DNA of 58,756 nucleotides from Alphaproteobacteria bacterium (GTDB lineage Bacteria; Pseudomonadota; Alphaproteobacteria; Rickettsiales; UBA1997): NCBI GenBank assembly GCA_030835745.1, contig JAUROA010000032.1, positions 1 to 58,756 of the forward strand, read 5' to 3'. Shown piece by piece: positions 49,388 to 58,756 of this stretch (position 1 is its first letter; each line of letters starts with the position of its first letter). The notes under the pieces were generated by a model. It saw only the letters and a program-made list of their open reading frames with translations, ran no database searches and was not told where the DNA came from. The position numbers and the translations under genes were made by a program.

Positions 49388-51152
49388 TATTAGAAAAAAT
49401 AAGTTTTTTAATAGAAGGGCGTTAATTATAGGCTCAATTCAATTAACTATGGCAGGAGCCTTAATTTCGAGATTGGCATATTTGCAGCTTTTTAAAAATA
49501 AGGAATATTCTATTCAGTCAGATAGTAATAGAATTAAAACTATGATGATTCCGGCTCCAAGGGGAAATATATATGATAGAAATGGTATAGCATTAACGCA
49601 AAATAATAGTAGCTACAGATTATTATTTTATAATGATAAAAAAAGAGATATCGCTAAAATAAGTTCTCAATTATTTAACATATTAGATCTGTCTCAAAGT
49701 AAAAAGGCCAAAATATTAAAAAAGTTAAGTCAATTAGATGGCAAATCAGTAATTTCGTTAGTTGATAATTTGGGATGGTATGATATGGCAAGAATTGAGT
49801 CATACTCACATAGTTTGCCAGGAATTTCTATTGAAAGTGGTATTATTAGAAAATATCAGCATCCATATTCTATGGCTCATATTTTAGGATATGTTTCTTT
49901 GCCATCTCAAAAAGAAGTAAAAGAGAGTAGGCAAGCATTATTTATGCATCCAGATTTTCGTATTGGTAAGTCAGGAATTGAAAAAATATATGATCAATAT
50001 TTGCGTGGCAAATATGGCCTCAAATTTGTTGAAGTAAATGCCAAGGATATCCCAATAAAAACTATTAAAAAAGATGATCCAATACAAGGCAGTGATTTAA
50101 CGCTAACAATTGATCTTAAATTGCAGAGCTTTATTAGTGATTTAATAAAAGATATAACAGCTTCTGTCATTGTGATTGATATTAATAATGGTGAAATCAT
50201 TTCATATAATTCTAGCCCTACTTACAATATTAATAATTTTGTTGAAGGGGTATCGCTAGATTATTGGCAAAAAATTAATAATAATAAATCTAATCCATTA
50301 AATAATAGGCCTATTTCCGCTATATATCCTCCTGGTTCAACATTTAAGTTGATTGTTGCTTTGGCCGCTTTAGAAGCAGGATATGATCCTCAAAAGAAAC
50401 ATGTTTGTCGAGGTCATAATAAATATGGCAATAGAATATTTAATTGTTGGAAAGATAGAGGGCACGGTGCGCTTAATTTGTCTGATGCCATAAAGCATTC
50501 TTGCAATATATATTTTTACGAAATTGCCAATGAGATTGGTTATGATGCTATATATAAAATGGCTCAGAAGTTTGGTTATGGTCAAAAAACAGGAATAGAT
50601 TTATTGGGAGAAATTTCACCTAATTTGCCAAATCAAGAGTGGAAAAAAAATAAATTTAATGATAAGTGGGTTGGTGGCGATACTCTTAATGCTGCTATTG
50701 GGCAGGGTTTTATGTTGGCAAGTCCAATTCAAATGGCGGTTGCAAATGCTGCAATTGCTAATGGCGGTAAAATGATTAGACCTCATTTTGTTAAAAAAGA
50801 TATTATACAAGCTTCTATTAGTAAAATTAATATTGATCCAATTAATATTGATTTTATTCAAGATGCTATGTATAATGTTGTTAATAAAAAGGGTGGAACA
50901 GCATTTTATCAAAGATTAAAAAACCCTAATTTTAAAGTTTCTGGTAAAACAGGAACTTCACAAGTAATTTCAAAGAGAGATAGTGAAGATCTTGATGAAA
51001 AATATCAAAATCATGCTATTTTTGTTGGTTTTGCTCCATCTCATAATCCAAAATATTCTATTTCAGTAGTAGTTGAGCACGGTGGTTCTGGATCTGCAGT
51101 GGCTGCGCCAATTGCTATGAAAGTTATGAATTATATAAGTACTATGAATTAA
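49377..51152 (+). CDS. mrdA: Penicillin-binding protein 2 (elongasome transpeptidase)
   Basis: RGNIYDRNG, STFK (PGSTFKL), SCN (HSCNIYF) and KTGT (SGKTGTSQ). Confidence 0.9.
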   Translation: MLRDIRKNKFFNRRALIIGSIQLTMAGALISRLAYLQLFKNKEYSIQSDSNRIKTMMIPAPRGNIYDRNGIALTQNNSSYRLLFYNDKKRDIAKISSQLFNILDLSQSKKAKILKKLSQLDGKSVISLVDNLGWYDMARIESYSHSLPGISIESGIIRKYQHPYSMAHILGYVSLPSQKEVKESRQALFMHPDFRIGKSGIEKIYDQYLRGKYGLKFVEVNAKDIPIKTIKKDDPIQGSDLTLTIDLKLQSFISDLIKDITASVIVIDINNGEIISYNSSPTYNINNFVEGVSLDYWQKINNNKSNPLNNRPISAIYPPGSTFKLIVALAALEAGYDPQKKHVCRGHNKYGNRIFNCWKDRGHGALNLSDAIKHSCNIYFYEIANEIGYDAIYKMAQKFGYGQKTGIDLLGEISPNLPNQEWKKNKFNDKWVGGDTLNAAIGQGFMLASPIQMAVANAAIANGGKMIRPHFVKKDIIQASISKINIDPINIDFIQDAMYNVVNKKGGTAFYQRLKNPNFKVSGKTGTSQVISKRDSEDLDEKYQNHAIFVGFAPSHNPKYSISVVVEHGGSGSAVAAPIAMKVMNYISTMN

Positions 51153-51239
51153 ATTAATAAAGCGGTTGATTTATAAGTAGAGTATAATAAATATTTATGA
51201 ATTAGTTTATCTATATAATATAAAATTATAAATTTTTAA

Positions 51240-52667
<1,428 letters not shown>

Positions 52668-52669
52668 TT

Positions 52670-52924
52670 ATGAGTGATTTACAAGTTGAAATAATATCGC
52701 CAACAGGTATAGTTTTTCAAGGTAATTGTAATATTGCATCTATTCCTACAACTGATGGCGATCTTGGTGTAATGTATAATCACGAATCATTCATTGCTAA
52801 GTTAAAATCTGGAGAAATTAAAATCTTTAAAGATTCTGTTCAAAAACCATATAAAGAATTTAATATTGAAGGCGGCTTTGCTGAAATTGAAAATCAGGGA
52901 AAGTTGCTAATTTTAATTGATTAA
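52670..52924 (+). CDS. atpC: F1 ATP synthase epsilon subunit, N-terminal beta-sandwich only (84 aa)
   Basis: LQVEIISPTGIVFQG, TTDGDLGVMYNHESFIAKLK and GGFAEIENQGKLLILID. The ORF stops where the C-terminal helical hairpin normally begins. Confidence 0.8.
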   Translation: MSDLQVEIISPTGIVFQGNCNIASIPTTDGDLGVMYNHESFIAKLKSGEIKIFKDSVQKPYKEFNIEGGFAEIENQGKLLILID

Positions 52925-52925
52925 T

Positions 52926-53081
52926 GTGTCAGTTCTGATTTTCTTAATCCCTATTGCTTTGATCCTTAGTTTGCTTGGTTTGATTGCTTTTATATGGTCT
53001 TTAAAATCAAAACAATATGATGATCTTGATGGTGCATCAAATAGAATATTATTCGATGATGATAATAATGATGAGATCTAA
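52926..53081 (+). CDS. ccoS: cbb3-type cytochrome oxidase assembly protein CcoS/FixS (51 aa, GTG start; not in the ORF track)
   Basis: My hand translation is (M)SVLIFLIPIALILSLLGLIAFIWSLKSKQYDDLDGASNRILFDDDNNDEI. The LIPI, AF.WSLK..QYDDLDG and RILFDD pattern is the CcoS signature as I recall it. Confidence 0.7.
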   Translation: MSVLIFLIPIALILSLLGLIAFIWSLKSKQYDDLDGASNRILFDDDNNDEI

Positions 53082-53386
53082 TATAATTATCTAACATAAT
53101 AAAAATTAGGATAAAGTTATTATCCTCATTACATCTATAAATATTAAATTTATACTTTTTATTTTGGTCAAAATTATCATAAAATTTTCTTATATATTGC
53201 ATTATTTGATCAGAAAATTTTTTAGCATTGTAATTATCTATAAGTGAAGCATTAAATATAATTTAATATTGATTGAGGTAAAAAAAGTTATTATAAAAGT
53301 AATTATATGATATGATGTCAAATTAGATAATTATTAATTAATATAATTATTTTACTTTATAGCAACATATATTTCTTAAATTTAAC

Positions 53387-54607
53387 ATGTTATCTCTTTA
53401 TATATGCAAACCTCACCAAGATAAAGAAAGAATATTATTGTTAGAAGGTTTGCAATTTTTAAAGACAGATTGTTTAGGGATGGTTACATCTAGATGTTAT
53501 AATTTATTTAATAAAATTTCAAAATATTATACTTCAGAAGATGATGCCAAAGATGGCAAAAACCCTTTCAAATCTGAAAATGAATTATTAATTAGCAAAA
53601 CTCTTTTTCGCAATAGTGAAATTAAAGGTTTAGTGTATGATGATTGGGAGTTGTTTCAAAATAAAGATTTATTTAATAAATTTATTGATAATATATCTAG
53701 CTCTTATGAAGTTTATAATGAGCCTAAACGTGACAAATTAAGAATCAATGCACAAACAATTTATTTGCAAGCATCCATTAAAAAATTACAAAAATTATTA
53801 AATATTTTAGAAAGATTTAATGAAATAGATGAGAATCATTTAGTCTTGCGAAGTGAGAGACTTATTAGTATTCAACATGAGGCCAATAGAAATGAATTAT
53901 CAGATATTATAAACATTATATGTGCAAGATTTAGCGAGGATCCTAAGGATTGGAAGCGGCATTTAACTCAACTTAATAAGTATAAAAGTATGGTTGAGCA
54001 AGAATTAAAAGATCATGAAGAACTTCATTATGAATTATCAAACAATTTAAGTAATAAAGATAATCCTTCATTAAAGTATTATTTTGTTCTTAAGAGTATT
54101 AACCCAGATAATAAGGATGATGATTATTGCGATATAACAGATTTTATAAATAAAATTACTTCTAACAATCAAGAAGGCAAAACATCTTATGACACATTAA
54201 TTGAATATGCTCAAAAGATCTTATCATATAATCTCGCAACAACAAAATTAAATAAAGGAGAAGATGATCATGATTTAAAAGTAGAGATAAATCGTCAAAA
54301 ATCATTATTTATTCAAGAAAAATCAATTCCAGATTTTGTTTTAGATTTGATTTGCGATGATTCTTTTAAGAGTAAAGTAGATTATGATATAGTTTCTAAC
54401 AGTGCAAACGACTTGCTAGAAGAGTTGAAAGATCAGCAGGGGAATCATGATATAGTTTCTAACAGTGCAAACGACTTGCTAGAAGAGTTGAAAGATAAGC
54501 AGGGGAATCATGATATTGATCCAGGTCCTAATAATAAAGGAGTGATAAGTCCAAGTTGTGAAAGCTTTGTAAAAAATAGATGCCCTCAATGTTGCGTAAT
54601 TTCTTAA
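53387..54607 (+). CDS. Hypothetical protein with a C-terminal CaaX box (CVIS) and an internal 21-aa tandem duplication; candidate host-prenylated effector
   Basis: The protein ends ...KNRCPQCCVIS-stop, with the CaaX box at 54593..54604. It has no signal peptide or TM helix, a helical K/E/N/D-rich body, and I recognise no family. Confidence 0.65.
   Translation: MLSLYICKPHQDKERILLLEGLQFLKTDCLGMVTSRCYNLFNKISKYYTSEDDAKDGKNPFKSENELLISKTLFRNSEIKGLVYDDWELFQNKDLFNKFIDNISSSYEVYNEPKRDKLRINAQTIYLQASIKKLQKLLNILERFNEIDENHLVLRSERLISIQHEANRNELSDIINIICARFSEDPKDWKRHLTQLNKYKSMVEQELKDHEELHYELSNNLSNKDNPSLKYYFVLKSINPDNKDDDYCDITDFINKITSNNQEGKTSYDTLIEYAQKILSYNLATTKLNKGEDDHDLKVEINRQKSLFIQEKSIPDFVLDLICDDSFKSKVDYDIVSNSANDLLEELKDQQGNHDIVSNSANDLLEELKDKQGNHDIDPGPNNKGVISPSCESFVKNRCPQCCVIS
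54386..54511 (+). repeat. Two tandem 63-bp copies (62/63 identical) inside the CaaX-protein gene
   Basis: Copy 1 is 54386..54448 and copy 2 is 54449..54511. They differ only at cag/aag (Q/K) and encode DIVSNSANDLLEELKD(Q/K)QGNH twice. Confidence 0.9.
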
Positions 54608-54765
54608 TTATTCTAGAATAATTTTAAACAAATATTAATATTTAATTTGAAGTAAAAAATGAAAGCTGTTATCTAAAGAATTTTAAGATTTGAAAAATTT
54701 AATTTAGAATCATCAACCTAAAATTCGAGTTTCTTAATTATTTTAAAATGACTTTTGGTACAATG

Positions 54766-54800
54766 CCATATTAGCTATTGTTTTTAAATAGCTAATATGG
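54766..54800. terminator. Strong hairpin between convergent genes, probable terminator for dnaK and/or the CaaX gene
   Basis: ccatattagctatt-gttttta-aatagctaatatgg is a perfect 14-bp stem with a 7-nt loop. It ends 7 nt from the dnaK stop codon. A T-rich tract follows on the + strand only. Confidence 0.45.
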
Positions 54801-54807
54801 TTAATTA

Positions 54808-56745
54808 TTAATCTTTTTTATCTTTATCCTCATCAGTAACATCTTCAAATTCACCATCAACAACTTTTTCATCTTTATTGTCGGGCTGTTCTTCATTTTT
54901 AGATTCTTGATTAGATTCAGTGTTTTGAGATTGTTCTTGACTTGCTTTATATACTGCTTCGCCAAGTTTCATAGATTTTTGCATTAAATCTTCAGATGCT
55001 TGCTTAAGATCTGCAGCTTTTGCATCTTCTTTGGAGTTGATGTCCTTAAGATTTTGAAGGGCAGATTCAATATCAGATTTAGTTGCTTCATCAACTTTAT
55101 CAGAATGTTCTTTAAAAGATTTCTCTGTTTCATAAATCATTGACTCGGCCTGGTTTTTTGCTTCAATAAGCTCTTTTCTTTCTTTATCAGCCGATGCATT
55201 TGCTTCGGCATCTTTTACCATTTTTTCAATTTCATCTTCAGAAAGACCGCCTGAGGATTGAATTTTAATTTGTTGTTCCTTGCCAGTATTTTTATCTTTG
55301 GCAGAAACATTAACAACTCCATTGGCGTCAATATCGAATGTTACTTCAATTTGTGGCATACCTCTTGGGGCAGGTGCAATCCCTTCAAGATTAAATTCGC
55401 CAAGAAGTTTATTGTGAACAGCAATATCTCTTTCTCCTTGAAATACTTTAATAGTAACGGCAGTTTGATTGTCTGCAGCAGTAGAGAAGGTTTGACTCTT
55501 ATTTGTTGGTATTGTGGTATTTCGATCAATTAATCTAGTAAATACACCACCAGCTGTTTCAATTCCAAGTGATAATGGGGTAACATCAAGAAGAAGTACA
55601 TCTTTGACATCGCCTTGCAATACACCTGCTTGAATTGCGGCTCCAAGTGCCACAACTTCATCTGGATTAACACCTTTATTTGGTTCTTTATTGAAGAATT
55701 TTTTAACAGTTTCAATAACTTTTGGCATTCTAGTCATGCCGCCAACCAGAATAACTTCATTAATCTCAGAAGCTTTAAGGCCCGCATCTTTAAGAGCGTT
55801 TTCACAAGGCTTGATTGTTCTTTGGATTAAATTATCTACTAATTGCTCTAATTTTGATCTAGATAATTTAACATTTAAATGTTTAGGGCCAGATGCATCT
55901 GCAGTTATGTAAGGTAAGTTTATTTCAGTTTCAAGAGCAGATGAAAGTTCTATTTTAGCTTTTTCTGCAGCCTCTTTAAGTCTTTGAAGGGCTAGAGGAT
56001 CTTTTGATAAATCCATGCCAGAATCTTTTTTGAACTCATCTTTTAAAAATTCTAATATTTTCATATCAAAATCTTCACCACCGAGGAAAGTGTCGCCATT
56101 AGTTGCTTTAACTTCAAAAACACCATCACCAATTTCTAGGATAGATACATCAAATGTTCCACGACCAAGATCATAAACAGCAATTATTTGCCCTTCTTTT
56201 TTTTCAAGTCCATATGCTAAGGCTGCAGCTGTAGGTTCGTTAATTATTCTAAGAACTTCAAGGCCAGCAATTTTACCAGCATCTTTAGTTGCTTGTCTTT
56301 GAGAATCGTTAAAATATGCTGGTACTGTAATTACTGCCTTTTCAACTTTTTGTCCCAGGTAACTTTCAGCAGTTTCTTTCATCTTGGTTAAAGTAAAGGC
56401 TGAAATTTGGCTAGGTGAGTATTTTTCTTTTTTAACATCAACCCAAGCATCGCCATTAGATGATTTTACAATTTTATATGGGACTAATTTTTTATCTTTT
56501 TCAGTTAATGGGTCGTCATATCTGCGACCAATAAGACGTTTGATTCCAAAGATTGTGTTTTCTGGATTAGTAACAGCTTGTCTTTTGGCGGCGGCACCAA
56601 CAATTTTTTCTTCCTGCGTGAATGCTACAATTGAAGGTGTTGTTCTAGCACCTTCTGAATTTTCTATAACTTTGGCATTTTTACCATCCATGATAGCAAC
56701 GCATGAATTAGTAGTTCCAAGGTCAATTCCAATAACTTTTGACAT
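54808..56745 (-). CDS. dnaK: Molecular chaperone DnaK (Hsp70)
   Basis: [32 protein letters not shown] and [13 protein letters not shown], with an acidic C-terminal tail. The phosphate-2 motif reads DLGRGTFD. Confidence 0.95.
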   Translation of the reverse strand: MSKVIGIDLGTTNSCVAIMDGKNAKVIENSEGARTTPSIVAFTQEEKIVGAAAKRQAVTNPENTIFGIKRLIGRRYDDPLTEKDKKLVPYKIVKSSNGDAWVDVKKEKYSPSQISAFTLTKMKETAESYLGQKVEKAVITVPAYFNDSQRQATKDAGKIAGLEVLRIINEPTAAALAYGLEKKEGQIIAVYDLGRGTFDVSILEIGDGVFEVKATNGDTFLGGEDFDMKILEFLKDEFKKDSGMDLSKDPLALQRLKEAAEKAKIELSSALETEINLPYITADASGPKHLNVKLSRSKLEQLVDNLIQRTIKPCENALKDAGLKASEINEVILVGGMTRMPKVIETVKKFFNKEPNKGVNPDEVVALGAAIQAGVLQGDVKDVLLLDVTPLSLGIETAGGVFTRLIDRNTTIPTNKSQTFSTAADNQTAVTIKVFQGERDIAVHNKLLGEFNLEGIAPAPRGMPQIEVTFDIDANGVVNVSAKDKNTGKEQQIKIQSSGGLSEDEIEKMVKDAEANASADKERKELIEAKNQAESMIYETEKSFKEHSDKVDEATKSDIESALQNLKDINSKEDAKAADLKQASEDLMQKSMKLGEAVYKASQEQSQNTESNQESKNEEQPDNKDEKVVDGEFEDVTDEDKDKKD

Positions 56746-56816
56746 TTTTAAAAAAATTAAATTAAAATAATTAAATATATTCAGATATATATTAACAATT
56801 TTCCCTTTTTCAAGGG

Positions 56817-57629
56817 CTAAATTTTATTTAATTTTTTATTATTATTATAAGTTAAGAGTAGCAAAATTAACAAAGCACATATATATGATATCAGTTGAGA
56901 TCCGTAAGGTTTGTCTATATAGCCTATTGTAACATGAAGAAATTGCCCTATAAAGCTAGCTTTAGGCAAAATGGCTGATAAATCAATTATAGGACTTCCT
57001 AGTGCTGGAATTATTCCAGATTTTACAAAATAGCCAATAGATTTCATTAAAATTGCGCTTGATAATAAAATTAAAAAATAGCTTGTAATTTTAAAGAAAT
57101 ATTTGCCAAAAGCGCGCATCATACCGCAATAAAAGGCAATACCTACTCCGCAACCTATAAATAGCCCAACAGTAATTCCAGAAAATATTGCATTTAGGCT
57201 AGAGTAACTTATGTAATGACTATAGCTAAATAGAACAATTTCGGCACCTTCGCGAATAATAGTAAAAAAGGTTATGAAAGATAAGATGAATAAGGATTTT
57301 TCTTTATTTTCAATAGCTTTGCCAACTTCTTTTAGTTTTGTGTTAATTTCTCGAGCATGAGTTTGCATCCAGATCACGGTAAAGCCGATCATAAGTGAGG
57401 CAAATAATAAAATAGTTGCGTTGAATAATTCTTTACCATGGCCAGCAAAGCTTAGAGATATTGATTTCATGAAAAAGGCAAGGGCGATTGAGCCAAAAAT
57501 TCCTATTGCAGCTCCACTAAAAATCCAGTAGCTTCTATTTTTTAATTCTTTAGTAACAGCGCATAAGACGCCAATAACAATGGCTATTTCTAGAATTTCT
57601 CTAAATACCATTAATGAAATTTGAAACAT
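56817..57629 (-). CDS. FTR1/EfeU-family high-affinity iron permease
   Basis: Seven predicted helices with two REXXE motifs (REILE near the N-terminus and REGAE mid-protein). Confidence 0.8.
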   Translation of the reverse strand: MFQISLMVFREILEIAIVIGVLCAVTKELKNRSYWIFSGAAIGIFGSIALAFFMKSISLSFAGHGKELFNATILLFASLMIGFTVIWMQTHAREINTKLKEVGKAIENKEKSLFILSFITFFTIIREGAEIVLFSYSHYISYSSLNAIFSGITVGLFIGCGVGIAFYCGMMRAFGKYFFKITSYFLILLSSAILMKSIGYFVKSGIIPALGSPIIDLSAILPKASFIGQFLHVTIGYIDKPYGSQLISYICALLILLLLTYNNNKKLNKI

Positions 57630-57729
57630 TTATTTATGTAAATAACAATTAATAATGATAATCATTTTCAATTTTATTATTTATTAAAATAAATTGCAAT
57701 TGATAATATAGTATTTGACCCTAATTTTA

Positions 57730-58716
57730 TTATCTTCCTATTTCTCTATCTTGGAGCTCATTTTTAATTCTTTCCTCTTCTTTTTTGTAAATGTCTTCTA
57801 ATTTACTCTTAAAATCACTAAAAGTAGTTGTTCCAAAAGATTTTGCCACTTCTTTACCTTGCTCTTCTTTATTTAAAGATATTTCAATGATTCTTCTAAG
57901 TTCTTTAAAGTTTTCTCTTTTATCTTGCTCTAAGAAAGATGTTATATCATCTGTTATATCATCACCTTCTGACATAATTGAAACTTGTTCATTTTCCTTG
58001 TTCTTTTCAACAAAATCTAGCAATAATTTATTACACTTGATAAATTCTTCTATTTCTTTTTTTACTTTATTTTTAAACTCATCATCTTTAGCGCTTATTT
58101 CTTTAGAAAATATTATTTCTTTAACCAAATCCGTAACATATTCTTGCGGATCTTTTGGAATATCATATTCAAGTCTTACTATATGTGACTGTTCTGGATT
58201 ACTATCTCTAGCTAGAATTTTATGTTTTTCTAAAAATTCCATTAGATCATTATGGTTAGCAGCTTGAAATATGCTTGTTTCTTTGTCACTAGCAATAAAA
58301 TGTTGTAATACTTCTTGAAGAGCTTGTAAATTTTCTATTGTATTGCCACTAGCATGTCCTGAACCTGTATAAGATCCGGTTTTTTGACCTTCATTCACTA
58401 GTTTAATATAGGCCTCTTTAACACTTTCTTTATCTCCAGTGCAATGACATAAAAAAGCATAGATTAAACTTCTAATTGTTTTATCTTCTCTTCCTTGAGG
58501 TAATTGATGTGAATTTAATTTCACGTTTTGAACAGCGAGGTCTAATAAATTATGGAATTTTTCTTTTTCTTGATTTAGCTCTTCTTTATTTTGCTTTGCT
58601 GCAGCTTTTTTTGTTGGCTCTTTAAAAGCATTTAATGTTTCTTTAATAAATTGTTTTGCTTTGTCTGACATTAACGGATTTGAGCTATTGCTGTCTTTTT
58701 GAGCTGTTTCAGTCAT
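57730..58716 (-). CDS. Hypothetical soluble K/E-rich helical protein (orphan; possible effector)
   Basis: 328-aa ORF with no signal peptide or TM helix. It is rich in charged residues and I recognise no family. Confidence 0.55.
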   Translation of the reverse strand: MTETAQKDSNSSNPLMSDKAKQFIKETLNAFKEPTKKAAAKQNKEELNQEKEKFHNLLDLAVQNVKLNSHQLPQGREDKTIRSLIYAFLCHCTGDKESVKEAYIKLVNEGQKTGSYTGSGHASGNTIENLQALQEVLQHFIASDKETSIFQAANHNDLMEFLEKHKILARDSNPEQSHIVRLEYDIPKDPQEYVTDLVKEIIFSKEISAKDDEFKNKVKKEIEEFIKCNKLLLDFVEKNKENEQVSIMSEGDDITDDITSFLEQDKRENFKELRRIIEISLNKEEQGKEVAKSFGTTTFSDFKSKLEDIYKKEEERIKNELQDREIGR

Positions 58717-58756
58717 GATAAAACTTTCTTGAGATGTTCCTTTTAATAAAGCTTCA

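Noticed and set aside
52990-53202. Tracked 70-aa minus-strand ORF downstream of atpC
   Set aside because: It has a low-complexity Y/H/I-rich translation and lies antisense to the much better supported ccoS mini-gene at 52926..53081. It is probably spurious.
55258-56770. Cluster of short ORFs on both strands inside dnaK (55258..55533, 55341..55529, 55530..55715, 55615..55830, 55691..55912, 56384..56770)
   Set aside because: All are embedded in the strongly supported dnaK frame and none has a recognisable motif.
57791-58267. 158-aa plus-strand ORF antisense to the 57730..58716 gene
   Set aside because: Its S/L-rich low-complexity translation is the mirror of a K/E-rich gene. The longer minus-strand ORF is the more plausible coding frame, although neither has homology support.

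Overview
This is a very AT-rich, densely coding chromosomal segment with no rRNA, tRNA, CRISPR array, transposase or integrase that I could find. The gene content looks like a reduced, host-associated alphaproteobacterium of Rickettsiales/Holosporales type, but that assignment is an inference and I could not search any database. Supporting markers are an LDH-like mdh, a large NAD-glutamate dehydrogenase, a membrane retropepsin-like protease, a type-2 (eukaryote-like) IleRS remnant, a TolA-like protein and an ankyrin protein. Most of the window is housekeeping: purM, purD, recO, ftsY, tmk, mdh, ftsI, hemH, trmL, tsaE, proA, mlaE, lolA, tolR/tolA, infC, gdh, pntAA, ftsZ, thiE, mreD, mrdA, atpDC, dnaK. 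Many of these genes are detached from their usual operon partners. The standout is a two-gene module at 12510..20863. A 287-aa protein and a 2443-aa protein both begin with a prepilin-type (class III) signal and carry the same LamG/ConA-like lectin module. The giant protein adds eukaryote-like adhesion modules (Sushi-like, beta/gamma-crystallin-like, TSP3-type Ca-binding linkers, a terminal discoidin-like domain) and a glycine-rich insert. An intact prepilin peptidase gene lies about 5 kb upstream, but no pilus or T2SS assembly genes are visible. I read this as a candidate giant modular type IV pilin adhesin system. Other findings are three eukaryote-mimicking effector candidates (F-box-like motif at the left edge, an ankyrin protein behind a perfect consensus promoter, and a protein ending in a CaaX prenylation box with a near-perfect 63-bp tandem duplication). 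There is also a decayed lipoprotein subtilase autotransporter, an orphan IleRS C-terminal fragment, an epsilon subunit lacking its C-terminal helices, an untracked ccoS mini-gene, a G-to-R change in the DnaK DLGGGTFD motif, and a small dispersed palindromic intergenic repeat.
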